NCBI GenBank assembly: GCA_951406725.2
Contig: OX597822.1
Location: 71,734,001-71,798,000, forward strand
DNA: 64,000 nucleotides
Reading direction: 5' to 3'
Source: Octopus vulgaris
Taxonomy: Eukaryota
In this document: positions 51,057 to 64,000 of the stretch, piece after piece
Layout of the letters: every line of letters starts with the position of its first letter
Numbering within the stretch: position 1 is the first letter of the stretch
Position numbers and translations under genes: made by a program
Notes under the pieces: generated by a model
Databases searched by the model: none
The model's input: the letters and a program-made list of their open reading frames with translations, nothing else
What the model was told of the DNA's origin: nothing

Positions 51057-52767
51057 ATATGAGTTAACTTTGTATGAGAGATTTAGCCAAGAGATTAGCA
51101 GTTGTATCTTATCATTGGTGATTGTCGTATGAATGTGGTTCCAGTGTCCTTGATTATAGATCTTCTCAGTTGGGCTGTGAATCATCATCATTATCATTAC
51201 CATATGATGAAAAGTAAAGTCGACCTCGGCAGAATTTGAAATCAGAGATTGTGATATTGTAGGTGTTGTTTAGCCTCAAGTCAGCCCAGTTGAGAAGACA
51301 TTGGAAGCACAATCATACCATTTTTTTACAGGCATTGTGAATCCTAAACTCTGTTATGCAATGTATTGATATTTCATGAATGTAGTGTATAACATGAGGA
51401 AAATTTTGTTGCGACTTCATTCAAGTTGAGAGACCATATGGAGGCCCGTTCTTTAAGGAGTAGCAACTCGGTGGAACTGACAAAAGATAACCCTGCTAAA
51501 AGAGACATGGATGTCTGGTCCTTTGTTGCCGCCTGGCCAGCTGCTGACAAACTATCCAACCCATGCCAACATGGGAAGCGGATGTTAAACGATGATGATG
51601 GTGGTGGGGGGGGGGTGATGATGATGATGGTGGTGGTGGTGGTGGTGGTGGTGGTGGTGGTGGTGGTGGTGGTGGTGATGATGATGAATATGGTGGTCAT
51701 GATGATGATGAGGATGATGATGATGATGATGGTGATGGTAGTGATGATGATGATGATGATGATGGTGGTGATGAGTGTTCTATTCAATTCTTACAGAAGA
51801 AAGCTCCTGCAATAGTCCTTTCTACTATAAGCATAAGGTCTGCCTGAAATTTGGTGGGAAGGATTCCTAGTCAATGACATCAACCCCACTGTTCTACCGG
51901 TACATATTTTAGTGACCTTGAAAGGACGAAAGACAGTTGACCTTGGCAGAATTTGAACTCAGAAAGTGAAGCCAGAAGAAATTCTACAAAGGTTTCAGCT
52001 ACTGTAACAGTAGTAGCATCATATCCGCATGGAGATTGGTCCCACATGTGCCCTATATTGTAGAACCCATAGATAAGTACTGGCCCCTTTGATCCGAATG
52101 CTTACGAAAGCAAATCAAGTTAGAGACATCAGTTTAGGTCTACTAAACATTATTTCAAGAGCTGTAGCCAGCCAAAATCTCTGTAATATCAGCTGGCTGG
52201 TTAAAAAAAATTTGCCAATTTGTGTTCTATGAAGAGAATAGCAATATATGTGAAGTAAAATGTACCCCTAGCTCCACATTCCACTTGTTGGGAGTGTACT
52301 TTTAATATATAGGGCTCACTAATAATGTAGAAATGTTTCTTTTAATATGCCACAGAATAAAAGTGCTTTCAAGGCATAGCAACAGGGTGTGAAGTATTTC
52401 TTTGAAAATAGGGCAAGCTTTATATTGTAGAAGCTGAATACATACATTATTAACATTACTTTTATTGCTTGTATTTTGGCAATATAATATCTGGTAATCT
52501 TGATACTGGCACATTCTCAACAATGATACACATTCTGCTTACTATAGTGTTCCTTTGGTATCAAAACGTCTATCACTTATTCTTTAAGCATTATATACTT
52601 GCATTTAAAAAAAAAAATTGATAAATGCATTTTATTTATGAAATAAAAACTGTTTAAAGTTTGATGGATTAAAAAAAAAATTGATTTTTTTTTTTCTTTA
52701 AAAACATTCCCTTGCATGGTTTATATAACATATATTGAACACTCACAATTTTCTCATAGCAAGCTAT

Positions 52768-52798
<31 letters not shown>

Positions 52799-53230
52799 TT
52801 CCTTCTTTATTAAAATCTATTGTAATATTTGCTATATCTTGCATTTATTCCGATTCTAAAAATAACAGTAATAACAGAAATTGTTTAAAGTAACATAACA
52901 TTGATAGACAATGACAAAAGTATTACTTTCAAAACTCCCAGATATTATTCACTTTAGAACCTGCTGATGTATCAAGAACATCCCATGTGCTTCTGAACAT
53001 AATTTGATATGATTGACATAATCTATTATGTAAGGTATTCTTAAGTGTTTGCTGTTTATTTCTGTTGTTCTCTTCCACAAGATATATAAAACCTTCGCAT
53101 TGTACAGAGCAGGGGTTCTGTTGCTGGAGTAAATTTATCCACCAAGGGTAAATTTTCATTACTCAGAGGGTAAATCTGCTGATTCTGAATTTTTTTTTTG
53201 CCAGTAAAAGTTTTTTTAAAATCTAAAGTT

Positions 53231-53371
53231 CATCATCATCAACATCTTCTTCTTCTTCTTCTTCTTCTTCTTCTTCTTCTTCTTCTTCTTCTTCTTCTTC
53301 TTCTTCTTCTTCTTCTTCTTCTTCTTCTTCACCATCATCATTATTGTATCACTATCATCATCATCATCTTC

Positions 53372-53403
<32 letters not shown>

Positions 53404-53445
53404 CTTCTTCTTCTTCTTCTTCTTCTTCTTCTTCTTCATCTCCTT

Positions 53446-53489
<44 letters not shown>

Positions 53490-53735
53490 ATATCATCATC
53501 ATTGTCGTATTATCATCGTCACCATCACCATCATCATCATTGGTGTTGGTGGCAGCTCCATCATCATCATCCTCAATATCATATTATCATCATCACCATC
53601 ATCATCATCATCATCATAGGTGTCAGTGGCAGCTTCATCATCATCATCACCACCACCATCATTATCATCATCATCATCATCATCATCATTGGTGTCGGTG
53701 GCAGCATCGTCATCATCATCATCAACATCATCATC
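53231..53735. repeat. (CTT)n/(CAT)n compound microsatellite
   Basis: Direct reading. Confidence 0.95.
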
Positions 53736-53786
53736 CCCAACTAACATCGTATGGGTAAAAGTGAACCTGATTCACAAAGTTATCAT

Positions 53787-53998
53787 ATCTATTTCTTTAT
53801 TGCCCACAAGGGGCGGCTAAACACAGAGGAGACAAATAAGGACAGACCCCAGTGTGTAACTGGTACTTAATTTATCGACCCCGAAGAGATGAAAGGGAAA
53901 GTCGACCTTGGCGCAATTTGAACTCAGAACGAAAAGACAGACGAAATACTGCTAAGCATTTCGCCCTGCATGCTAACATTTCTGCCAGCACGCCGCCT
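53787..53998 (-). mobile_element. SINE family B
   Basis: Reverse-complement match. Confidence 0.85.
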
Positions 53999-54195
53999 TT
54001 GATAGAACATGTATTATGTAGTACTTAAGGTAAAGGCATATAAGAAATACCAGGTGGTGTTATGGTATAAAACATACACTATAATCATAGAAAGTTTGGA
54101 TGGTAGCTGTAATCCATCAATCCTCGTTTATCACTGATTCATTCATCACTGGTCAGGAACGAAGAGATCCTATGGTGTGCTGGTTTGCTTCCTAT

Positions 54196-54450
54196 GATGG
54201 AAACCCTCATTGAAAGAAATTTATGTTAGTTGGGACACGTACACAGGATGGGCAACAACAAACAGACACCCCAGACGATTCTTTTACTCCTAATTTTGGC
54301 AAGGGGAAAAGAAATCATCAAAGAGCTAAGCTGAAATTCAAAGATACTGCAAAAAGGAATATGAAGTGGAAAGGAAATGATCCTGATAAATGACAAACTG
54401 AAGCGAAAAAGCGACCAGAATGGAGAGAGCTTATCAAGTCATGCCAAAGC
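54196..54450 (+). pseudogene. Old RTE-type LINE C-terminal remnant
   Basis: LGHVHRM..GKRNHQRAKLKFKDTAKRNMK..AKKRPEWRELIK. Confidence 0.65.
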
Positions 54451-54686
54451 CATGAAGTCATAGTTGCGACTGCTGGTTACAATGTACAGCTGATTGTTAT
54501 GTGTTACGCTTATCACGAATTGATCTGTGATAACACGGGTCAGCAATAAGTCTAAAATTCTGTTTGGACAACAAAAGCACGCCCCAACGATTATCCACAA
54601 TGCTCGTGGTCTCGGAACAAAACTCATATTTACTATATTTTCAATTATTCATTTATCCTCAATTCGTCGAATACGAAGATTTATTT

Positions 54687-54759
<73 letters not shown>

Positions 54760-54857
54760 TCGTCTTTGTAACTAAACGCCCAAGATAAACGAGGATAGCA
54801 GTACTTTTAAAGTTCATGAAATGGGAATAAATTTTTTTACCAAGAGGCAGACTAAAA

Positions 54858-54894
54858 GTCTAACGTTTCGGGAAGATACCTTTGTCAGTGAGAG
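54858..54894 (-). ncRNA. Degenerate minimal hammerhead-like motif
   Basis: Minus strand CTGACAA AGG tatctt CCC GAAAC GT T AGA; the core and stem I are imperfect. Confidence 0.4.
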
Positions 54895-54982
54895 ATGAAT
54901 TGTTTACAAATGTTATGTTCCTTGATAAACAGATGAGTTGTAGAGAGAGTGTAACATTACTAAAACAGTAAGCAGCATCAGA

Positions 54983-55540
54983 TTCGTCAGACTTTACGCT
55001 TTGAGTTCAAATTCCGCCGAGGTTGACTTTGCTTTTCATCCTTTTGGGGTCGACAAATTAAGTACCAATTGTATAATCGACTGGCCCTCTCTCCCAAAAT
55101 TTCGGGCCTTGAGCCTAGAGTAGAAAAGAATATATACTTTCTTTCTTTTGTTTTTTGGGGTTTTTTTTACTGCGAACTGGCAGAAACGTTAGCACGCCGG
55201 ACAAAATGCTTAGCAGTATTTCGTCTGCCACTACGTTCTGAGTTCGAATTCCGCCGAGGTCGACTTTGCCTTTCATCCTTTCGGGGTCGATTAAATAAGT
55301 ACCAGTTACGCACTGGGGTCGATATAATCGACTAATCTGTTTGTCTGTCCTTGTTTGTCCTCTCTGTGGGCAATAAAGAAATAAGAAACGTTAGCACGCC
55401 GGGCAAAATGCTTAGCAGTATTTCGTCTGGCTAATCCGCCGAGGTCGACTTTGCCTTTCATCCCTTCGTTGTGTGCTGGGGTCGATCTAATCGACTGGCC
55501 CTCTCCCTAAAAATTTCGGGCCTTATACCGAGTGTAGAAA
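54983..55540 (+). mobile_element. Three-unit SINE B composite with a ~16 bp flanking direct repeat
   Basis: agtaagcagcatc(a/g)ga at 54967 and 55541. Confidence 0.8.
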
Positions 55541-56299
55541 AGTAAGCAGCATCGGATGAGAAAGTATCACATCTTTTGGCATTCATGTTTATTTTCCTCT
55601 TACTTTCGTTCCATCCCGTCCTCTTCTTTTACCCTTCTTTGATTATTTGGATTTCTTGTCTGTCACTACTGAGTTTGTTGGAAACAGTATAATTCTTAAT
55701 TCCATCATCAACATGTCACTTCGTATTTATAGAAGTCAGGGATAATGTGAACACAGTTCATATTATTTCCAGCATTTGAATTTTGGCCGTTAGATTTACA
55801 CATCACCAATTCGGTGATTATTTCTGTTCGTGACTTGTGTTTGTCAACTGCGTGTTTGTTTGATCATTTTCCTGAGTTATGAATAATGTTTCCATCATTA
55901 ATCATCTATTTTTGTGAGGAATTCTATGGATGCGTTAAGCAGCATGGCTAAACAGAAAATACTCGCCTCTTGACGATAATATATAGACATCTGATTGTCA
56001 TTGAATTAGACACATTATACTAATCAAATTCTACAAAGAAGAAACTGCTCCAAACACACAAGAAACTAAATTCCTCACCATCTACCAACATATAGTCATC
56101 CTAACAGTAATATAGCTAGAGGTGGGGAGAAGAGCAGTCCATTCGGGTGACACTTTGGGGTCTGCTGAATAATCCTGTATATGTTTATATATAACTCATT
56201 GGTTGTCGAGAGCAACACACATTCTAGCTATGCCATTTGCATCTCGGACTTTACTATGCTCCTCAGTCTCAGTTTCAACTCCCAGCTACAACTGAAATA

Positions 56300-57616
56300 C
56301 CATCAAAACAGGAAAATAAATTGAAATCAAACTTCAATACCAAGTCGTTGAAAATCTTAGAAATGAAACTGAAAATAGGTGGGTAAAGAAAAGAATGCAT
56401 GGTCAATGTTGAAGATAAGACATGCAGAGAAAAAAGATGGCTGTGGATGACTAAAAGTGATTTAAAACCGAAAACGGAGGCTCTAATCTGTGCTGCCCAA
56501 GAGCAAGCACTAAGAACAAACTACATAAAATACAGAACAGACAACATATAGGCGCAGGAGTGGCTGTGTGGTAAGTAGCTTGATAACCAACCACATGGTT
56601 CCGGGTTCAGTCCCACTGCGTGGCATCTTGGGCAAGTGTCTTCTGCTATAGCCCCGGGCCGACCAATGCCTTGTGAGTGGATTTGGTAGACGGAAACGAA
56701 GGAAGCCTGTCGTATATATGTATATATATATATGTGTGTGTTTGTGTGTCTGTGTTTGTCCCCCTAGCATTGCTTGACAACCGATGCTGGTGTGTTTACG
56801 TCCCCGTCACTTAGCGGTTCGGCAAAAGAGACCAATAGAATAAGTACTGGGCTTACAAAGAATAAGTCCCGGGGTCGAGTTGCTCGACTAAAGGCGGTGC
56901 TCCAGCATGGCCGCAGTCAAATGACTGAAACAAGTAAAAGAGTAAAAGAGTATATCAGAAAGTGATAAGTGCAGAATCTGAGGACAAAACGGTGAAACCG
57001 TATGGCATATTACCAGCCAATGTACGCCACCAACCCAGAATTAATATAAGAGACGCCACGACAATATAGCCAGGCTTGTTCATTGGACACTTTGCAACAA
57101 GTATGAATTTGACAGAGTAAAAAATTGGTACGACCACAAACCTGAAAGCCTCGTCGAAAATAGAAATTCAAAGATCCTATGGGATTTTGTGATTCAGTGC
57201 GACCATGAGATAGAGAATAGGAAGCCAGACATAGTTCTAATTGAGAAAGAAAACAAACTATGCTGGATCGTAGATATAGCATGCGCAGCTGACAACAAGG
57301 TATGCGGTAAGGAAGAAAGAAAAGTCGAGATATATGACAGGTTAGTTTGGGAAGTTAAGCAGTTGTGGTCGATGAAAAAGGTAGCAGTAGTACCAATAAT
57401 TGTCGGTGGTCCTGGAACAGTGAGCAAAAATCTCGAGAAGTACGTGGAACAAATAGGGGCCGCAATAAGAGTGAAGAACTTGCAGAAAACAGCACTGCTT
57501 GGAACCGCTCGATTACTCCGGAAGGTGGTCGAAAAGTTAGATGTGTTACCTTAGTTCGCTGGTAGTGAACAGCTGACACTGTAGTACATCTGCAGCGTTA
57601 GAAGCTGTGCAAAGCC
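56300..57616 (+). pseudogene. R4/Dong-clade LINE 3' part (zinc knuckle plus restriction-like endonuclease), with a SINE A inserted at 56550-56950
   Basis: MHGQ, TEALICAAQEQALRTNY, CRI..ETVWHITSQC, YKRRHDNIA, ILWDF, RKPDIVLI, VDIAC and LQKTALLGTA; followed by (TAA)n. Confidence 0.92.
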
Positions 57617-57770
<154 letters not shown>

Positions 57771-58444
57771 AGAACAAGAATAAACAAATACTCATGATGT
57801 AGTTTGCATAATTAAAACAAAACATCATCATCGCAATATTGATCATTATGGAGGATAACGAAAATACTGGGAAAATTGACAATGTACTCAACAGCAAAGA
57901 CAAATTTACAAGGATGTCATCCACTTAAAATTTAATCTGAATGAACTAATTACAGCGATAAAAGCACTCTTAGGGGTGCAATAAATGCATCAAACAGCAT
58001 ACTTAAAAATACATAAATCACACGTAAAGTGTATTGTAGGAACCAAAAGCATATTACCTCAAAGAACACAACAAAAACCTCATAAAACAGAACATGAAAT
58101 GCTTCATACGAAACAATAAAGAAACACTAACAGTATACCAGTAAAATGATAAAACTAAAACCCTACTTCTCAAAATTAAATACCAAAATTAAACAAAAAT
58201 TAAACAACAGGCGAATAAACTGTTAATGATTGATTGCAAACATGAATTTTGTAAATTTCAAGATTCTGACAGTTATATTGAGTCACGAATTTGATCCTCT
58301 CCCGCTTGTTCATCATATATGTACAAGAAGAAGCAACTGTAATACACTTCACTCACAGACACAAATCAAAACTGCATAGGGTGTAGCAGAGATTAGAAAC
58401 CGAATCTGTTGATACCTGGACAGACATCACGAACAAACCAGCAT

Positions 58445-58525
58445 AGTTTCACGTGATCGGTCTATTAACCGACCAATCAGCGTGAAGCAATGGCGTGGAA
58501 ATTCTAGAATTTGACTTCCGGTCTT
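58445..58525. promoter_or_regulatory. Candidate promoter motif cluster
   Basis: TCACGTGA at 58449, CCAATCAG at 58473, TTCTAGAA at 58502 and ACTTCCGG at 58514, in CpG-retaining non-repeat DNA. Confidence 0.5.
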
Positions 58526-59426
58526 CTGTAAAAACCGTTCGACGCACATTTTTTACTAGCTAAACGATCTAGGAAGGCGACTGTGACAGATGGCACAGTT
58601 AGATGACAGGAACGCCAAGTAGCCAGGAATATAGCATAATTGTTTCCAGTTATGTTGGGTAGGCCACATGTTTCTGTATCAACAGCTTGTCGTAAACTCT
58701 AAGCAGTATCTTTTTCCCCAGTATGTAATTATTGCAGTTACCCGTAAAGGGCCAACGCAGATTGTTTTCATGTGCGATAATAAAATCTTCCGTTAAATGT
58801 CCGCGGGTGTCGTTAAGTTACTTCTTCACGCAGCCCAAGAAACATATTTTTATTAACTCAACCAGCTGCCACTGCAGCCAACAACAACAACAACAACACC
58901 CAAGCGTCAAGAGAAACATTAAAGCGCAACGCGAAGATTCTTCAGACGTTTGCTCAAAAATAGACAATCAATAATTGCTTCTGATCATTAGCGTTGCTAG
59001 GTTGGGGGTCGGTAGGGGCGGTCTGCCGCGGGTGGCACTTTTCATCCTGTTGTAGGCTATTGCTGTTGGTAATATATGTTTTTTGCGAGGCGAGGAAATG
59101 GCAGAAGCGTTGGCACGCCGGGCAAAATGCTTAGCAGTGTTTCGTCTATTTTTATGTTCTGAGTTCAAATTCTGCCGAGGTCTACTTTGCCTTTCATCCA
59201 ACGGGGTCAATTAAATAAGTACCAGTTGTGAATGTAATCTTTCTTTTCGATATCTCTTTAAAGGTTTGAAACAAGAACAAAGAAGATTGTCAACCACTCT
59301 ACATTATTGCCTTGGACAAATTTTACTCTTGTATGTGTCAACTGTATACCCTAACTCGTACACTGTAAGAAAGTGGCAAAAGCCAGAAAAATTCGTTAAT
59401 ATGTTACTAACGTTTCAACTACTTTA

Positions 59427-59794
59427 TCTATTATATAAAATCCATTCTGTCTGTCTAGGATGTCGGGCATCCTCCGTCCGATTGCGCTCAAATTTGATAT
59501 GTAGATAGCGACGGTATCAGGGCGTGTATAAGTCTTGAAAAAATTACAAAAATCGATTCCAGGTGAGAATGCGATCGATAGAGCCGTGGGAACATGCATT
59601 TGTAAAATCGTTTTTCTTGGAATAGAAAAAAAGTCTATCTTTATTTCTTCTTTTGCTGGTGTTTCAAATTTAGGTTTAATTAGTGTTTCTCAAAGGGGAG
59701 GCCTATGGGACGGTCGGACAAATTGTTTTGAGAAAATTTGGTTTTAATGTTTGACAACTCAGCACCGTCCATTGGACGGCGGGCGTTTTGCTCG
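59427..59794 (+). mobile_element. Non-autonomous Helitron
   Basis: a|TCTATTATATAAAA start, CCGTCC att GGACGG hairpin and CTCG|t end (CTAG variant). Confidence 0.75.
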
Positions 59795-60570
59795 TATATA
59801 TATATATATATATATTAATAAATGAAATAAAACATATGCATATATATAAACATATATGTACGTACCTACCTCTACATGTACATATATATATATATATAAC
59901 TAGCAAATTAGAGAATGCTCAGATATAACAACGGTGATGAAATATATATGAGTTTGCTATCTGTTTCCATGTTATAGAAGTTGAACTTGAAGGATGAACA
60001 TAATTCAATAATAGTTAAATAGCACATGGCTTGGATAGTAATTCAAGCATGGAATATAGAAAAATTTACATAAATGCATTATGGAGAATGTGCACATATG
60101 TTCGTGTTTTAAAATTGTTCATTGATTAATTTGTGCTGTAGAAAGTATTAATACAATTGACCTGATGCGAAAAGGAAAAGGCAGATAAAGTACGTGTTTT
60201 CAGCAACAGATAAATGATTAGCTTTATGTATCTCGTGATTTGAGACAACCGATTCTATTCTGTGTTGCTTTTTCGATGTCTGTGGAAGGAGAGCACCAGG
60301 GTTCGTATGTCATGTTGATGTGAAAGACAAAGAAAGGAGAAATTTTAAGAGAGCCAACTTGTGTTCTCCTGAGTCGAACCAAGAGCTCGGAGCTAAGTAA
60401 AAGAACACGAGGGGATTAATTCTGGCATTCTATAGTAAAAATGACAGCCGGATTATTACCCTGAGATTGATTCAAGTGAAACACTTGACAAAACTGTGAA
60501 AGACTAAAATTTCACTCGGATGAGAATTGTTACAAAACTAAATTATTTTAATATTATTATACCTATAGGT

Positions 60571-60950
60571 AAGGCGGTGAGCTGGCTGAATCGTTAGCAC
60601 GCAGGGCGAAATGCTTAGTGGTATTTCGTCTGCCGCTACGTTCTGAGTTCAAATTCCGCCGAGGTCCACTTTGCCTTTCATCCTTTTGGGGTCGATTAAA
60701 TAAGTACCAGTTACGCACTGGGTCGATATAATCGACTTAATCCGTTTGTCTGTCCTTGTTTGTCCTCTCTGTGTTTAGCCCCTTGTGGGTAGTAAAGAAA
60801 TAGGTATTTCGTCTGCCGCTACGTTCTGAGTTCAAATTCCGCCGAGGTCGACTTTGCCTTTCATCCTTTCGAGGTCGATTAAATAAGTACCAGTGAAACA
60901 CTGGGGTCGATGTAATCGACTAATCCCCTCTCCCACAATTTCAGGCCTTA
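60571..60950 (+). mobile_element. Dimeric SINE B, young
   Basis: Two units joined at gtagtaaagaaatag|gtatttcg. Confidence 0.9.
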
Positions 60951-61389
60951 TGCATATAGGTAACAAATTTCTGTATATCTACAACAGGCAGATTAATGAG
61001 CATCTGGCTCGGGTAGTCGTCGGACGAAGGACAGAATACTCTTAAACCTAATTTTCCGGTCTAAAGCCGGGCGTGTGGCCATCTTATATTCGACCTACCG
61101 AATAGTCTTCGATTACTTGATCTGCAAACGCGAAGGAGATCTTAAGCGACCCTTTTAATACCCTAACTACCTGAATACTTCCGCAAACAAACCCTAATAT
61201 CTCACCGGTTACACTACAGATCGGAAAACTTTTGAGAAGGTAAACCTGTCTTGCAGTGTAATGTGCCTTTCATTATATTCAAGCATTGCACAGCAGAACT
61301 TGCCTTTATACACAACTAACTCTTTAATCTCTCCTCCCCTCCTCCACCTCCTCCCCGTCCTCCTCCTCCTCACATTAAGGGAATATAGC

Positions 61390-62700
61390 CTGATATTTAG
61401 AAATATGTTGCTGTGTATCTCATTCTAAACAAAGGCAACCCCTCTGACCCCAGCAAACTACTGTTTCACTGCACTCACTTTTAATATCTTTAAAATAGAA
61501 ACAACCATAAACAATGATATTCTGAAATATATAGGCGCTCTCTCTCTCTCTCTCTCTGTCTCTTTCTCCGTCTCTGTCTCTGTCTCTGTCTCTCTTTCTC
61601 TCTTTCTTGGCTTCGTTCTTTCTTCCTCTCTCTCGAAACAGTCCACCTACAAGCTCTGTCTTTCTCTTACCTCTTGAATTGGTAGCTTTCAATCAGATCA
61701 CACAGCCGCGGCATGTGTCGTCGGAACATTGTCTTTTCCCTTTTCAATTCTTTTGTGTTCCAGGGTTCAGCTTTGTGGCTTACGCCTTTCCGTTTGTACA
61801 GCAACAACTTGCTTGCCGCTACATCTAACAACGTCCATTCTTATGCAGATGATACGAATCTTCATTCTTCTCAAACCTTTCTCAACCATGTCTCATCCAC
61901 GTGTATTCCATACATCACACGCCCACACCAAAACTGCACTGATTCCTTGAATGACGGGCCTGGAGAGTAACCTTCAGCAAAAATTCAAAAACTCTTCATA
62001 TCAAAAATAACCATCGTACCACTCCTTCCTAAACACGAACGACACCCAGCTAGAGCCCTCATTGTTGCACCAAATACTAGGCTTCACTATTACTGCAGAT
62101 ATTAACTGGGACCACATAACAGAGGGTGGCCCTTCTCTTCATAGCCTAAAAGTATTTCTGACCCTACCAGTTGTTGACTTCATACGAAGTTCACGTGCGA
62201 TCCGCATCAGACTTCTACGCAAAATTATTTTGGGGTGCATCCAAGGAAGGGCTGCGCAATGATTAGCACCAAATTCTTCAAAGCTATGCTCCAACCTCTG
62301 ACCTACAAGCATGTTATCCCCTTTCCTCTCTCTATCCCTCTCTCCCCTCTCTCTTTCTCTCTCTCTCTCACTTTCTCACTTTCTCTGTCTCTCTCTCTCT
62401 TTCTCTCTCGCTCGCTCGCTCTGCTTTTCTGTCGCTATTATAAGGGATTCTATTCTTCAGAGTTGGTCGGTCATGTACGTCTCCTTCTTAGTTATTTCCC
62501 ACTCAATTGGCCCTTCTCCTCTCATGAACCTTGTTGAGTCCAACCTCCCAGACCGTGCATTAATCACCTTTCTTCTTAATCCATCTTTCCGAGGTCATCC
62601 GACCATGGGCCTCTAGAATCCCCTCTGCTCATGTCTTTCCTACGAATATTGGTTTGCACCAGTTTAAATTGAACGTTAGCAGCATCAACTTTCATCGGTC
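61390..62700 (+). pseudogene. Decayed CR1/Jockey-group LINE reverse transcriptase
   Basis: KGNPSDP..Y and QGSAL..LYSNNLL..HSYADDTNLH. Confidence 0.8.
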
Positions 62701-63651
62701 TCGGAGGGTGGGCAAAGATCATGGACACCGACTTTTCTCAAGATCCAGCAAGCGAAAAGAAAGTTGTAGTAAACCAATTTTGCATTTGCTTTTGTCTTTT
62801 TGTCTGAAGGATTATATATAATTATAAGATCTTTGCTTAAATTGACTTTTTGTCATGCTTATGTAAACTTTATGTTTATTTCTATGTTAGATTCTACATA
62901 AATGACTTGAATCTCATAAACTATTGCTTTTACGTTGCAAGATTTGTCTAAGGAGCATATATTTAAATTCTAGTGTGAACATGTGCCTTCAGCTTTATGA
63001 CTGGTTATGAGAGATGTACTATGCATACTGCTAGTGCTGATACAACTAATTTTATGACTGTGTTTGTTCTCTAGTTCTGAAAGTTCTAAAGATCTATCTG
63101 GTCAACCGCCTACATTTCATTGCCAACTCAGTAATATGTACATAGAAGGATGCATCACCACTAATAGCAATGCCCAGGTCACGCACTGGTTGTGATTTTA
63201 GAACTACAACCCCTCCAGGTCCAGTGTATTTTGTCTGCTTCGTATTTAACTTTGTTAGCTGATAGCCTAGGGCTTAGAACTTTCCACAATTAAACTATGT
63301 TATTGTCGTCAGCCCACTTCTTTTTCTCTGTATATTTGGTCAGGATTGCTGCGTTTGTCTGATAGAATAAGGATATCTCTTGCTATATCCCATTTTATTT
63401 TTAGTGAAAAGGCTGTGTCAATCATACTATATTTCGATAAGACCTTTTCCATTGGGTTGAGGACGGGATGCGAGATGTAATTATATTTCTAAATCCACTA
63501 GTTAAGAAAGTTTTACAGTAGCTAGGGCTGTTTATTAAATATTTTATTGTTGCAGGAAAGCCTGAAGATTTTCTCCGTCACAAAATACAGTGAATAGCTT
63601 TCTTACGGGTTCGAACGTGCCTCGAATGTACTTGAATTGGTAACAAGTTTG

Positions 63652-63853
<202 letters not shown>

Positions 63854-64000
63854 GTTATCCCATAGATAATGCGTTTTTTAATAGTTCTTTTATTTTTCAA
63901 AAGTAAGAGAAACAAAGTTCCTTTTTAATCTAAAATATACTCTCTATCATTTTCTACAATGCTCTTCCATCTATGTAGTAGACTTGCAAGGCCCCTCTTC

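Noticed and set aside
52929-53190. Possible minus-strand coding exon
   Set aside because: No convincing acceptor or homology, and short frames.
53198-53820. Poly-L/H/F/S ORFs
   Set aside because: Microsatellite artefacts.
56236-56272. Hammerhead-like CTGAGGA..CCGAGAT on the minus strand
   Set aside because: GAAA and the stems are not adequately preserved.
59900-60545. Possible Helitron helicase remnant
   Set aside because: Too degenerate to support by eye.

Overview
Repeat-dense, AT-rich animal genomic DNA. The SINE/LINE repertoire and microsatellite load suggest a cephalopod, probably Octopus (inference from recalled repeat families). There is one clear gene: an intronless glutathione S-transferase zeta / maleylacetoacetate isomerase (GSTZ1, 16640-17263, +). 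Most other ORFs in the track are microsatellite artefacts. The rest is a layered transposon landscape: tRNA-derived SINEs, RTE, R4/Dong, CR1/Jockey-type and Penelope LINE remnants, Tc1/mariner, Helitrons, and piggyBac- and hAT-type MITEs. The most notable signal is a set of unrelated short non-coding elements carrying minimal type I hammerhead ribozymes (12775, 14630, 30211, 32303, 32584, 54858), alongside a decayed Penelope RT/GIY-YIG ORF. One of them (32447-33250) is a terminally redundant ~591-nt unit whose inverted arm starts 2 nt from the predicted self-cleavage site, which resembles a retrozyme / non-autonomous Penelope system. Repeat boundaries were read by eye and are approximate.
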